Origin: Bugula neritina
Lineage: Eukaryota > Animalia > Bryozoa
DNA: 64,000 bases
NCBI GenBank assembly: GCA_964035545.1
Contig: OZ037765.1
Span: forward strand, 9,372,698-9,436,697
Direction: 5' to 3'
Shown here: positions 24,613 to 38,521 of the stretch, one piece after another
Position numbering within the stretch: the first letter of the stretch is position 1
Layout of the letters: each line of letters opens with the position of its first letter
Made by a program: the position numbers and the translations under genes
The notes under the pieces: model-generated
The model's input: only the letters and a program-made list of their open reading frames with translations
Databases searched by the model: none
What the model was told of the DNA's origin: nothing

Positions 24613-27600
24613 TTATATTGCATATGAAAATTGTGTGTGAGATGAATTTACAGATAGCTTCAGTTCTATTTGTTTATGCTGGTAAGCATATTGGTTACGA
24701 AGTTCCCTCTTTCCTACCATGTTACATAAAAGAGCCTACAATATTAAGTAGAAATTATATTACAAGTGGTAGCATCATTACTATTAGGTAGACTATGAGC
24801 ACCTAACACAATGAATGGAATAATAACACAGAAAAAACATGAGACAATAATGGGACTGAAACAAAGCATAAAAAAACATATTTTCAGTATTAACAGAAGC
24901 ATTATTTTAAGTCAATGAAAAAGAGTTAATGCAGAATTGGAGGGAAAATTTGATAGCAAATCAGTTTAGACATTCTATTACTATTAGCTTCACACGATAT
25001 GCACGTGTTGGGAGAAATGATGATCTCTCTGATGCATGTATAGTAATAATACGTTTCAAATACAATTAAAGTGATACACTTACCATGTATGTAAGCACAT
25101 CTTTCAGATATATGAAGGCTTCGCAATGCTCAAAGTTACTTCTAGCCTTTTCCAAAAGCTTCAAACCTTCAGTGATAACTAGACACAAAGACAAGAACAT
25201 GGTTAGAATGCAATTTTTACAATGCAATAAGCTACTTATAACAAATAGGCTGAGTGATGACACAAGCTCAATAGCAACTTGTTTTTTACAACTTATTATG
25301 AAAATCTTTCTAAAATCTCTAAGAATTTTAGCTTGACTAGTTGAAAGTGTAGGCCAAAAAAAACTGAATCAACTCAGAAATAATTTACCATAAGAAAAAA
25401 AAAGTTAAATTAAGAGAGGAATAATTCTGTAGCAGGACGTGTTTCAAATCAAAACATTTACCTTCTTGCATTACATCTTCAGTTTCACTCTTCACTCTGG
25501 CAATTCTGCACTTTGTGTAAAGTAACTGAGCTCGCCCTTTATCTAAGCAGGAGCCATTAATAAGAAAGAAAGGCAGATATTCTCTTATGATGTTAAACCC
25601 TTCTTCTGCGTTATTACTCATTAGCTAAAACAGATAAAATCTGTTGAAGTCTAGTATACTACGTAAATAGACTATGAATTTAAAAAAAGAGTGACAATAA
25701 CCACTTCGTGTATCAAACTAATAATCAAGACTAATGAGAAAATCTTGCTACAAATTGAAGTAAGGATAAGATATAGAATGTTTGTAAAAACAAGTTAGTG
25801 AAAGTAGCAAATAGGCTCCCACCTGGATATGAGCAGCATACAGCTGACAAAGAGCGTGTTGATAGGACAGATGATTGCTGGAAGTGATCTGTATGCAGTC
25901 AACAACATATTTCGTAGCACTCGAATAATCTTCCAACTCGCAATATATGTTTATGAGCTCAATCATTGACCTAGTAAATATAATACAACCTATCTTTACT
26001 CAATTCAAACGTGTACAGTTATAAATATATATATAACTACAATGTATGCAAGTATAGACAATATATAACTACAATGTATTCATGTATAGACAATATATAA
26101 CTACAATGTATTCATGTATAGACAATATATAACTACAATGTATTCATGTATAGACAATATATAACTACAATGTATTCATGTATAGACAATATATAACTAC
26201 AATGTATTCATGTATAGACAATATATAACTACAATGTATTCATGTATAGACAATATATAACTACAATGTATTCATGTATAGACAATATATAACTACAATG
26301 TATTCATGTATAGACAATATATAACTACAATGTATTCATGTATAGACAATATATAACTACAATGTATTCATGTATAGACAATATATAACTACAATGTATT
26401 CATGTATAGACAATATATAACTACAATGTATTCATGTATAGACAATATATAACTACAAAGTACTCAAACAAATAAAATACACATGGATACATGCAATGTA
26501 CAAATATAGCCCTGTTCTATGATTAAAAATGCTATTCAATTAAAAGCAAGTAAGAATTATCACACAGCTATTGACAATTTTCAACAACATAATGGTTTTA
26601 AGGCGTAACAACAGCTTCACTTCATTGTAACACTACGAGGAAGTATATAGAATGCAAACTTATCAAGTACAAGTCACGCCTCATCACCCCAAAGCATAGC
26701 GTAAACACACACCTAGCTAGCAACTCTAGGGAGGCATACGATTGTGCCTTCAACTCATCTGCAGAAAGTATCTGTTTAACAGCATCGAGAGCTCTTTGAT
26801 GGTGGTTTTGAATACAGTACAACCTGACTCTTCTGAAATAAACAATAGAATATAAACTGCTATTGTGCAAGTATTTAAATGACAGAATATTTGATGATGT
26901 TCAGTTTCTTTTATTCAATATTAAAATGCACGATTTTACAAGGTAGTAGAAGGACCAAGGTTTGATATATTTTAAACAATGAAATATTGACCAATGACTA
27001 AAAACACCAAAAGAGCTTAACAATGAAGGTTTATTCTAAATTTTTAAAATAGTGAGAGTTTTTGGTTTTTCTGATCATCAAACCAGTCCAATGTTTTCTT
27101 GTTGAATAGTTTTGCCACTTCTCAATGTGAATATGTATTTCAGCAGTATACATCCAGTTTATGTTTTTTCTAATAACTGTAAGCAATATTCGACACAATA
27201 TGTTCACTATTCAGACGAAATAAACCGAGAAACTTATAATTTTCTAAATAAAGGAAGTTAGAATAATTTTACATGATTTAAAAGACATAGGATAATTGCC
27301 TGAGGTTTGCTTCTAGTGGGTCTAAGGATAGGAGATTCTCACAGGCTAAGGACATAGCCTGTGTATCAGCATGGTAGAAAGCCCGGTCTGCCAGCTGACA
27401 CTGTTCCACCTTGTTCCACACCTCACTCAGAGGATATGGTCTAGCAAAACTCTGCCGTGCAATACTGAGAATACTTTCCGAAGATTGATAGTCACCCTAG
27501 AACATCCAAGTCTGCCCATGTACAATACATGTATTGCTACCAGAAACCAACATGTATTTGATATGATACGTTTGACTGGTGCAGAGCAGAAAAACTTTTG

Positions 27601-30600
27601 CACTCTCAACTAGAACAAACCAAATCGCAATACTGAAAAAATGATGGTCGACCAGTTTTAAGAGATGCATACAAAATAAATAATATATTCAGTGTGAAAA
27701 TGTGTTCTCACAAACACGAGATTTACCTGGTTGAAGTAGTGATTGGATAGAACACAGAGAGCTAAACATTCTGGTTCAGCGCAGTGACCTTTGTTAGTGT
27801 GTGAGGAGGTGGCATGGATGACGTTAGAGGAAACCAGACTAGACATATGTCTAAAACAGGAGGGTTGGCAATGAGCAGTTCAACACACGATTGAATGAGA
27901 ACACTGTATATACCATAATACTAGAAGAAACTGTCACTGAAGCTACCTGCGGCCGTAGTATGCCCAGAGAGATGAGCAGAGAGTCATCTGTGAGACATTA
28001 GAAGCCAATCTCAGCGAGCTCTGCAGAGAACTGGGCAGATATTTGGTGCGGTGTGACAGTGCTTTAGCTAATTCACCAAACACCCTATAGATACAAGAAA
28101 CACATTCCTGATGCATGACATTCAATAAAATGAAATATAATCTTAAATTATCGCTTGAAAAAAAGCGAAAATCTGGTAATAAAAGCCAGCAACATATTTG
28201 TTAATATGTCTGTACAGAAAAAGCAAATATTGAACACATACAGCAGTATATACACATACATGAATACATATTGCTATAAAGAACACACTAACTTGTAGGG
28301 AAGCTCTGTAGGAGGTGTATACTTCAATGTATTAACAACAGTACAGTTGAGAGAAAGGTCAGGCAGTCCATGACTAGAGGTCACGCCACGAGCATTGGAT
28401 GACTCAGCTAAATGTTCTAACCATACCTTCAACATTGGTAAGGTCAAATTAAAGAAAATTTTATTAACAGAGCATATTATCTTCCAAATAAAACATACAG
28501 TGCTTATTCCAAGTCTAAACTCATTGTTGGTGGTAAACAGTGAAGTGAAATAAAATTCGAACCAACTAACTTAGAATTTCCCATTAGAACATTTTTCTAA
28601 AATAATTTTGTTCTGTGTTTTAGTACTACATGTATATAATTGAATATAATTATTAGAATAAGTTACTGGGCATTATTGAACGAAACTTGACAATGTCCGA
28701 GCACGTTAAAATTACATGAATTTGTCTTGAATGACAACTAACTTTATTTTTACACATATGTGACCATTGAGAAATCCTCAAAATGTCATTTTTAAATTTT
28801 GAGTTACACTCCTTTTACAAATAGAGACAATAAAGTTTCAACAAAATTTTTACATATGATTTTAACAACAGATTCATAAAATATCATAATGAACAGTAAT
28901 GAACAACTTCGAACAGTAAGTATAGATTTTAATAAAATTTATGCTAAATTATTAAACAGCAACATAATAATGCTAGGGACTGAAAAGATAAAATATTGCT
29001 ATGGTTCAATTGTAAACAATGAAAAATATGTAAAATAATGGGTATGCTGATGAAAAATAGCCACCACAATTTAACTTCAATATTAAGATTAAACATATCA
29101 ATACTCATACAACTCACCAATGCATGGTGCAAGCATGCCTTGTCATTAACTTCCTGTGCTGATCGTACAGCTTCTCGGACAGAATGCAGCGCCATCTCTC
29201 TGACATTAACCAGACATTATATTTACTAAGACTACACAACAGTTCAAAGACATTCTTTGTTTTAATTATTTTTATAACATAGCCTATACTGTGCGTACAG
29301 TCCATAAGTAAGAGAAGAAACACCTTAACCATTTTTAAGTATTTTCAGTGTAGCAAAAAGGGCCGAATGCTCACCTATGGCCAAATCTAGCATAGAGTGA
29401 AGCCATATTCAAAGATGCATATCTAAAACACATATTATAGTCTTCTGAGCCCGATTGTGGACCAGCTTCAGCCATCTTGTCAAAGTAGCGGTGAAGGCAA
29501 TCTTTAGCGCCGGCATATTCCTTTACACGCATGTAATTCATGTACATAACAAAATGCTACAAAAATACATTGAAACATTACAGACTATTTAAGATGTACC
29601 TGAGTTGCCACATTGCAACAACTGATGCATACAGTAATTAATGAGAAGACAGATTTGAAGTTAAAAATAATAAGAGTTTTAGCTTGTTTTGTATTATGCT
29701 ACTGTTTTATTAATAGCTACTTCAATACTACATACTATGTTACTGCTTTATTAACAAATACTTCAATGCTACTACATACTATTCTATGCAGTGAAGGATA
29801 GGTATTCAATAACGCCAGTAGCTCTTCGTGCACCTCAACGGGATTGCTTAAATCCTTTGTTTTATGCTCCAACATGTGTGCCTACAACATACCAGTCAGA
29901 TCTGCGTTTAGAGTGTCTCGGACCTGCACAACATCTACATGACTTTTTTAACAAATATATTGTTTACAAAACCATTTGAGAATTTTACGACATTCCAAAG
30001 TATTACGACGGCTGATATAGAACTAACCAAGTACAGCTCACACCGTCAAGAAGATACTAGATGGTAAATTTATAGTCAACAGATCGAAAGCAAAACTTTC
30101 TAAATGCTAAAACAACATCAAATAACTGTGATAATCATATCATGTGAACAGAAACTGCTCTACTGATTTCAATGGCTCAGCTATTGCGCTATAGGCCTCA
30201 AAAACCATGTTTAATTTGTTAGACTATGTACTTTTTCATATTGGACTAAATAAAAAAAGCAAATAAGTTTTTTCCTTTCTTATTTTATTATAACTGCAGC
30301 AACGCACCAGCTGAGTTATTCTTCTCTCAGATTGCCATTTGGATGGTACTGGTTTCTTGTTGGACCTGCAGAGTAAACAAATAGTAAATAAACAAGCAAA
30401 CCGTAAACAACATTTGCTAGATGAAAAGCACCGGCTCAGTTTGCATCAACAGCCCATTTAATTCTGACAAGCTATACTAAAATTATAGGTCACCTGACAA
30501 ACCTCCATTTAGTATCTAAATGGAAGTTGTCAAAGGACATGCTTTAGTAAATTATAGTCTAGTATATTTTAGTAAATGAAAGCACCTGTAACACATACGC

Positions 30601-33063
30601 AGTAGAAAGTAGACTATCATGGCCATCATGCCTAACAATCTCCTTGCAATATTCTGAAAAGACTCTCATGACGGAGGAGATAACTTCCTCCAATGACATC
30701 ATTTTAAATGCAACAAGCATGGATCTCACTCCGATACCTACGAATTTTCCGACATGAAACCCTAACAAACTGGTATAAAATATGAGTACTGCCCGTAATG
30801 ACACTTTCTAAACTAAAATCACATTATCACAGATCTACACACATATATACACGTATATATTTAAACAATCTACCTTTTACTTTATGTAACAATGTCATAA
30901 TTAAAGTTAATTAGGATAGTTTGAAAATTATTTTGTTTTTTTTAACCTTTCCAGCATTTCACATGCATGTGAACAGTGAGGGAAGTTATGACATAGCACC
31001 CAAACAATTCACAGCTCATTAGCAGTGAGGAATGTTTGCATTTAGCTGTGGTGTGAACTGGACATTATGGTGAAACTGGAATAAACATAGTTGATGGATA
31101 CCACTTCGCCAGGTAAAAACTTCTTACAATCGTAATTCTTCATAAAGCATGTTGTTGATCAAATTTTCAGTTTACTCTCATTTTGAATATAGAAAATAAT
31201 TTGGAATCTTATAACTGATGCATAGTTGATACAAATTTCAGAAGAAAATATCAAAATGAACACAAAGTTACATGCCTATGTGCGTATACGGCAAAGATTA
31301 TGCTTTCTTCAAAAATCATTGTTGAAAATTTGTATATAAACGGTTTATGCATACCAATAACACTAGTCCTGTTCAGAATTGTAAATTCAGAAATATCTCT
31401 TTCAAGGTGATTTTTAATTGGCTCATTAAGTCGGTCAAAGAAAGAGAAATATTCACATGGTCCACCATTGGCCAACTGTAAAACTAAGGCATTAAATTCC
31501 TCTACTAATTTCACGTTTACTTCACAAGATTTCATTCGAATGGTAAGCTGATTGAAGCTCATATCAGGCACCTAGAAAATACAGAACAAACTCAACTTAA
31601 CTAAAATCTTATCCTTTTTCTAATCACCAAGATATTCATATAAATGATTTCCATTTTACATAACTTACAAAGCAGCTAAAACCAATTTTGAATAAAACTG
31701 ATGTTTTGCAATTAAAGAAGAAAGCCATAGCAGGCGGAAAAATTCAGTTCTCATACGTCACCAATGTCATAAACAGTATTTTAAGACACTTTTTCTGTAC
31801 TACTATATTACATCTACTGCTATGCCTTGTTGCAACAAAAAAATCTAATTATTATCATCGCTAGTCAAAATGTAACAAATTATCATTATTTTAATAAGCA
31901 ACAAACAAATTGATAGCCCATTAAAAATGTTAGAACTAAAAAGTTTCACAACAGTTTAAATATTGCATGACAATTTGAATTCACTTTTTCTTTACTTTTA
32001 AACCAATTTTGAAAAATTTAGGTGCAGAATTATCTATAATGAAATCCTAACTTGGTGTAACCAATTTCCTATGTCTGTCTATTGATAACTAGTTTCAATT
32101 AACAAACATAGCTAGTTTGGGTAGATTCGCCCATTCACAAATATTTTTCTAGATTAATTAGATTAATGATTACATTTAAAAGAGATGTACCTTAATAAGT
32201 TCCACAAAGAGCAACATTAGTGTTCTCCTCTCCTCCTCGGAAAATTCTATAGAACTTGTTTCACAACCATTTTTATTTTCCTGACATAATCAAAGGAAAA
32301 AAATTGGAGTTATTTAACTTCGTAACTTCATCAAGAACTGTATACAAAACTTGTCACAATAAAATTCCAAACTAAGATGCTCACAAGTCAATAGACCCTT
32401 TCCAGAAGTCCTCAATGTCCCTCTCCCCCTTACAATTAAGAGTTGTGGTCTCCCAAAATGAAATTTGTTGAGCAAAATAGGCTTGAACTTATTTTTGTGG
32501 TTTTGGTTGCTGAGCAATGCTGAAGTGCCACTTTAATTAACATTGCTCATTTAACCAAAACCACATGAATGCTTTAAAGATTATTTCTGTCAAAATTATC
32601 CATGAAGAAATATTTTTAAAAATTTTTTTAAACTGCTAATATGTGTGCTTATACCAAAATATCTGTCTCCTAAAATAACAATTCTATAGCATAATTAGAA
32701 TTCTAAGTAGCAGCCAAACTTAAAATTTTTAATGAGTTTGCTTTTTATACAACGGTTTTACCTATTCCCTGTGGGAGACCACAACTCTTAATTGTAAAGC
32801 GAATATCAGTGACCTCTGAAAAGGGTCTATTAGTTTTTGTCTGAAGCTACAAGATATTTTTTTATTTTAAATGACACAGATAAGTCGCAATTCAGTTTTA
32901 ATCTTACCAGATAAAGTCTTACAAGTGCAAAGACACAGATTTTGTAAGGAGTGATGGTGTCCTGGACCAAATGCTGTGACGATGTTTGGTCGCCTCTACT
33001 AAAGCCATTGTTTTCGGAATGTGGAGAAAACCCAGTCCTAAGAATTTCATTAGCCAGTGACAT
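24613..33063 (-). CDS. ANAPC5: Anaphase-promoting complex subunit 5
   Basis: ITPYKICVFALV; LNRTSVIG..VRSMLVAFKMMS; YMNYMRVKEYAGAKDCLHRYFD; RYASLNMASLYARFGH; SVREAVRSAQEVNDKACLHHAL; last exon 24613-24735 ALLCNMVGKRELRNQYA..AI*. Start ATG at 33063 is the best candidate. Confidence 0.9.
26028..26458. repeat. Minisatellite, 32-bp unit x ~13, in an ANAPC5 intron
   Basis: Unit AATATATAACTACAATGTATTCATGTATAGAC repeated head-to-tail (e.g. 26101, 26133) with no spacers. Confidence 0.97.
32390..32831. mobile_element. MITE family B (long TIRs AATAGACCCTTT..TTACAATTAAGAGTTGTGGTCTCCCA), ANAPC5 intron
   Basis: ~70-bp imperfect inverted repeats at both ends; a related copy sharing internal sequence lies at 58358-58662 and a TIR fragment at ~4027-4082. 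Confidence 0.8.
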
Positions 33064-33699
33064 TGTTGAGCTGAGTACAAATAGCCTTTTCCAATCCACA
33101 ACTTTATCTCAACTTTGAAAATTATAAAATTAAATGAGTAACAATACAATATTACTATTAGCAATAATTTGATTATATTGACTTTTACCACCAACACAAC
33201 TATGAAGGGGCTTTCAAAAGTTTGCCCACCCAAAATGAAAATGAGTATGACTGAATGAGTACGACAATCACAATGACCATCAGGATCTTCATCAGTATCA
33301 CATTAACTATGACTATCACTATGACTATGAGTATCAGTATGACTGCCACTAGGAGTATCAAGATGACTATCATAATTATTATGCGTATGAATATGACACT
33401 CCCAATGTGAATGAATGAATAATACTTTAAGTTTAATAGTTAATGTTATATTTATGGTTTAGTTATTGTTAATAACTATAAGTTATACTTCTACTTGTAC
33501 TGTAGTGAAGTTATACTATCAAAATTTTTTTTTTAATACTGACAACCACAATGCTTATATTAAACTGCTTTAAAAACAAACTCTCAATCTAATTCATTAC
33601 TAAACATACGCTTTAGCATTACCTTTACACAATATGCTAAATTCATTCTAGAAAATATTAAAGTTAAACAACACCAATAAAACTTTGTATTTTGTAAGG

Positions 33700-33830
33700 G
33701 CGCCTTTAGAAGTGTTTGCGAAACCGCTTGAAGCAGCACAAAGTTGGTAGTCACTGAGCTCAGTAGTTGGAGGGAGCGGGGGGGGCGGAAGGGAGTCTCA
33801 AATTTGGAGTTGGGGTTTGGTCCGTACAAC
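33700..33830. promoter_or_regulatory. GC-enriched likely promoter between divergent ANAPC5 and OMT
   Basis: Local GC/CpG rise with GGGAGCGGGGGGGCGGAAG (GC-box/ETS-like) in an otherwise AT-rich region. Confidence 0.45.
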
Positions 33831-35828
33831 AATGTGTATATTAATACTGCACTTATTTCTCCCAACTCGATGCTCCTTCTAGTAACTTTCAAACATTTAT
33901 TCAACTTAACCTTGAACTCATGACATTAGTCGTAATTTTGAAGCTTTGAACATGATGATGGATGGTGAAGCAAATTACCCTCCACCCATTTAGGTAATGA
34001 GCACTGAACATGAACTGAAATATTATATTCCATTTCAATGGACACAGGAATATTATAATTTATGTTAAGTTTTAATTCGGGACACGTGGGCCCAAAATTT
34101 ACAATAAAACAACTTTAATGAGGCATACAACTCTCAAAAAGTCTCTTGACAGTTATTTAGTGCAATCACATAGGATTATTTAAAATCATAATGGACAAGA
34201 TAATATTATCTCTATTACCTTAATAGTCATAATTGTCCCTTATGATCTTTTACCAGAAACTCCAGATATTTATGTTTCTTAGCAGGAAACACCCTTACAA
34301 ATGACTTGTCAAATAAAATCTTGCACACCTTTTGATTTGTGTGAAACAGAATGAAAAGCTGCTACACTTTTTAGCTCTATAACTAGCAAAAGAAAGGAGA
34401 GGTATACACCAAAATCCATATGCAGCTTATGGAGTCAATCTTAATTGAAACTAAATATTTTCTGTTTAATGATAAGCAGGAAAAACAATAAAACTGTCGC
34501 TTTGAGAAAATATGGAGTCACATTTTGTTATACCACTTTCTTCTTACAAGCACAGGTTTAGTTGAAAATTTTCTAAAGAAAAACATATGAATTTAATGTT
34601 TTACTTGAAAATAGACTTTCAAATCTTTTGTTTATAAAGGATAACAACACAAGCATGCTTACACCAAAAACTCTATAAGCTGTGGAGTTATAGTAAAATA
34701 TAGTAAGAATGCTACTATTGCAATAAAAAGCAACCAACCAGGTCAGTGGTAGCCTCAACTAAGCTTGCAATAGGAAAGTTTTGAAAAGCTGAACCTAACA
34801 AACTTTATTTCTAGCAATTTTAGCTGGTGGACTAGTATAAGTATTGTTTGCATACCCTAAAAAGGGTAGATTGACCAAGGTCAATTAGCTGCAGTAGAAA
34901 TCATCCCCCCCCCCCATACAATGTTGGTAATCTGTGGTCAGACCTGTGGCTACTGCATAGACACAGATATTGGCTGGTAGATTCTTGCTACGGAAACTAT
35001 GTGGAACTATAATAGCCGTTTTAGTAGCAGTCTAACAGGTACGTTTTAGTAGCAGTCTAACAGGTACTAAACTAAAACTTGTTGTACTATGCATTATACT
35101 AACTATAAATTACCATATTATATTAGCTGCTTTTTGCAGCCTATGTTATATCCCTTATTACTTATAAGTAAATATTATACATATTATTATGCCAGTGAAT
35201 ACAAAAAGACATCACACTCATTGAGTACATGTTTTCGGAATATTTTATTAAATATTTATTAAAATTTAAGTCAAACCCTCTGCATTTATACAAAGATGTA
35301 TATTTTCTATTTCAGTTATTTTACCACTGAGTTTGGCTGAGAATGCAAGGTTAGTAACCTATAATTATTAGTCTTTTACTACTTTGTTTACCCAATAATA
35401 CTAGATGTCACAATATAGGACTGTTCTGTCAGCTAATACTACCAATGCTTTGAGTGAGTTAATGTGGTGAGATATTAGAGTTGGTGCACATCTCTGATTG
35501 ACCGAGTTTTAAGTGTTCTATTAAATGTGCAGACAGCAGGTCGAAGGTGAAAGACATGGCATGTTAATATTGCTGACTCTACATTGTGACAGCTGCTGAA
35601 TGCTTATAAACAGCTGTCACTCTGTAGACTGTTGCATCACTCTCAACATTCTGTGGAAATTATACACTTTCTGGGCCAATAATCCCGTTGCTACGTCTGT
35701 GAATTACTTACTAGCCTGATATTAGTTGAGAAGACACAAGCGACCAGCTTTCTGTTGTTATAGTTTTTGTATGCTAAAGTTTCACAAAGGTGTTTCATCT
35801 ATTACAAGAAGACAACTGCTGCTGGATA

Positions 35829-37475
35829 ATGACTCGACCCAGAGACCAAGTCAGCGCTGAGGAGAGAATGATTTACATCGAGGAGCATATCTCAGAACCT
35901 CATCCCTCTATGAGAAAGTTACAGGAGGTTAGAGATCTATGAGTTTCTTGTTTAATTGAGATGTCCGCTTTAATTGAGCAGCTATATTTTTCAGTTTTAC
36001 TCAAACTTCTAACTTTGTTTTAGTTAACCAGAGCCCATGAGCGTGGTACTATGCTTAGCTTCTACGATGGCACCGTATTGCTTTCTAATATGATTAAGTT
36101 TGCTGGGGCAAAGAAGTGCATAGATGTGGGTAAGAATTGGTCATACATAGTAAATTTGTTTCTCCGAGTGTATTATTTAAACTTCAGCATTACTGATATA
36201 CATATTAGTTGATGGCACATATACTGTTTCATGACATACTTACATATTAGTATAAGTTGATATATCAGCGAAAAACAGTGCCACCAATGATAGAGCACCT
36301 GCTAGTTTAGGTCGGGTCAAAGTGAAGTGAGCTCTATTGAGCGTGCACTACCCTCTTTTTCCTGAAAAATTGATTACAGCTAAAGAGATATGAGAAGAAG
36401 AAACACATCAGCTTTCATACCATCTTGGTATTTGACACATTGGTCAACTGAGCCATTTCTCCAGTTTATATAATGACAATAATATATCCATAAACAGCAT
36501 AGAAATAAGACGTTCTTAAGCTTTTCATACCATTTGATACTTTTAGGTGTGTTTACTGGATACAGCAGTCTAGCCTGGGCACTCAGCATTCCTGAAGATG
36601 GTAAAGTTGTAGCTTGTGATATCTCAACTAAGTTTACAGATATTGGAAAACCATTCTGGGAGGAGGCGGGTGTAGATCATAAGATTGATCTGAGGATAGC
36701 ACCAGCTGTTGAAACACTTCGTAGGTTCAGACTATACGTAAATTTATAATTAAATAGCAATTTAGATGGTGAATAAATAGGAAACCTTTGACTTTGACAG
36801 TAATAATTATTTTCACTATATTCATGCTGATAGATGTAGTGTTAAGATTACCCAGTAGTCTTTGTGGTGTGATGGTTATATTTTACAATAGATTGCGCAT
36901 TTAAGAGCAGTAGTGGAGAATTATTGAGATAGCCTAAGTTCTTCAATTTTACTATTACATTTTAATTTGGGGTGCGGGTTGAAATTCTCGCGAGAACATA
37001 ACTTCTTATGCTACATTTCTAATCTAAAACACAGGCTTTTCTGAATTTCTCCATTACTGCACCTACCTCCATTACAGAAGCTATGATAGATGGTGGAGAG
37101 TCTGGTACATATGACTTTATATTTATTGATGCTGATAAAGAGAGTTATGATACATATTATGAACAAGGACTACAATTGCTTCGTCAGGGAGGAGTCATTG
37201 CCATTGACAACGTGAGTTTCTCGCTTGACTATTATGAGAAATTTAAAGTGCATGTTGCTTTCAACAGGGCATGTATTTTTCCTAATTTATCCTAGCTGTG
37301 TTGTTTTTATATCTGTTCGCAGTGTTTCTGGAATGGATTGTGTATGAAAGATAGTGATACATCTGCTTCTACAGAAGCTCTTCGCCACCTGAATGCTAAA
37401 ATAAAGAAAGATTCGAGAGTGACGGCTGTCATGGTGAATGTAGCAGACGGAACATTTATTTGCCTCAAGAAATGA
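35829..37475 (+). CDS. SAM-dependent O-methyltransferase, COMTD1/caffeoyl-CoA OMT family (Methyltransf_3)
   Basis: Exons 35829-35927, 36024-36129, 36547-36720, 37078-37211, 37323-37475; motifs [41 protein letters not shown] short upstream coding exon (ATG CAA G|gt at 35343) is possible. Confidence 0.92.
36903..37064. mobile_element. MITE family A, OMT intron copy
   Basis: Reverse orientation relative to 18994-19154; ends ~13 nt before the 37077 splice acceptor. Confidence 0.85.
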
Positions 37476-38363
37476 TAAGTGTAAAGCAAGTCTAACTGTT
37501 TGGAAGTATTGAAAGTGGAAAATTTAGGACATGTGATTTCACTGTGAAGATAATGTCTTCGGCAACTGAATGCGTATAAATTATTTGATGCACCAATTAG
37601 GAATTAATTACTGTCTTTCAAATGATTGCTAAAGCTACTGTATCACTGCAGGTATATGCTCATCACTTAGCAACCAGTAAACAAGATTATATAAACTGGT
37701 TGTAACACTGCTATCTTTTAACATACAAATATACTATTCACGCTAGCTTTGATTTGTTACAAATAACTTTATATCTATAATGAGAGGTAAAAGATTTATC
37801 ACCTAGCAACCAGTAAATAAAAATGCAATGAATAGTTTACCCTATTTGGATAATAATATTATAATGATGATATTTTCGATCTAGTTGGCATAAATTTACA
37901 ACCCAATAGGATATTAGGAGTAAAAAGGTAGCTTTATCTATACCAGCTATAATGAAAAACTATATGAAGTTTAATTTGATTTTCTAGAAATTCTTTATAG
38001 AAAGCAGTGGCACTCTCCCAATTCCAATTATATAACATTTGATGGAGGTACTCAACATAGCCACTAAATGTTATCGTGGAATTTGATAGTTGATATATTT
38101 TGTTTTTCAGATCACCAAGTTTGTTGTTTATCATAGCCCTCTGTACATCCTAGGGGTTAGTGTAATAATTATGTTTTCGTTTAGCTGCAATGTTAGCTCC
38201 AGGCCTTATCTCAAGCTGTAGGGGAAGTAAGACCTCCAGAATAAAGTGTTGGCCCGCATGGTGGTGCTTCACAATCCTAGCTTCTGGGTTGAGTACTTAC
38301 TAATAAACCCTGATTTATTCTTTCTTGCCCCAATATCTCCAGTATACCCATTATATTGCATTT

Positions 38364-38521
38364 AGGAGCAGTAGTGGGGAAATTGAGATAGCTCAAGCTT
38401 TTTATTAAATTTTTGTTTGGGGCGCAGGTTAAAATTCTTGCAAGATCATAACTTCTTGTGCTACATTTCTAATTTAGAACACAGGCTTTTCTTAATTTCT
38501 CCATGTTAGGCTCCTGCACCT
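38364..38521. mobile_element. MITE family A, intergenic copy
   Basis: AGGAGCAGTAGTGGGAAATTGAGA..CTGCACCT with shared core CATAACTTCTT..TAGAACACAGGCTTTT. Confidence 0.85.

Noticed and set aside
24926-25126. ORF as the ANAPC5 terminal exon
   Set aside because: Exon 24613-24735 has a better acceptor and matches the APC5 C-terminus.
26028-26458. Repeat array of CRISPR-like unit length
   Set aside because: No spacers, no cas genes, eukaryotic intron; it is a plain minisatellite.
35017-35066. 25-bp direct duplication
   Set aside because: Simple slippage duplication with no further structure.
35829-37475. Horizontal transfer of a plant/bacterial CCoAOMT-like gene
   Set aside because: It has four spliceosomal introns, and animals have the COMTD1 family.
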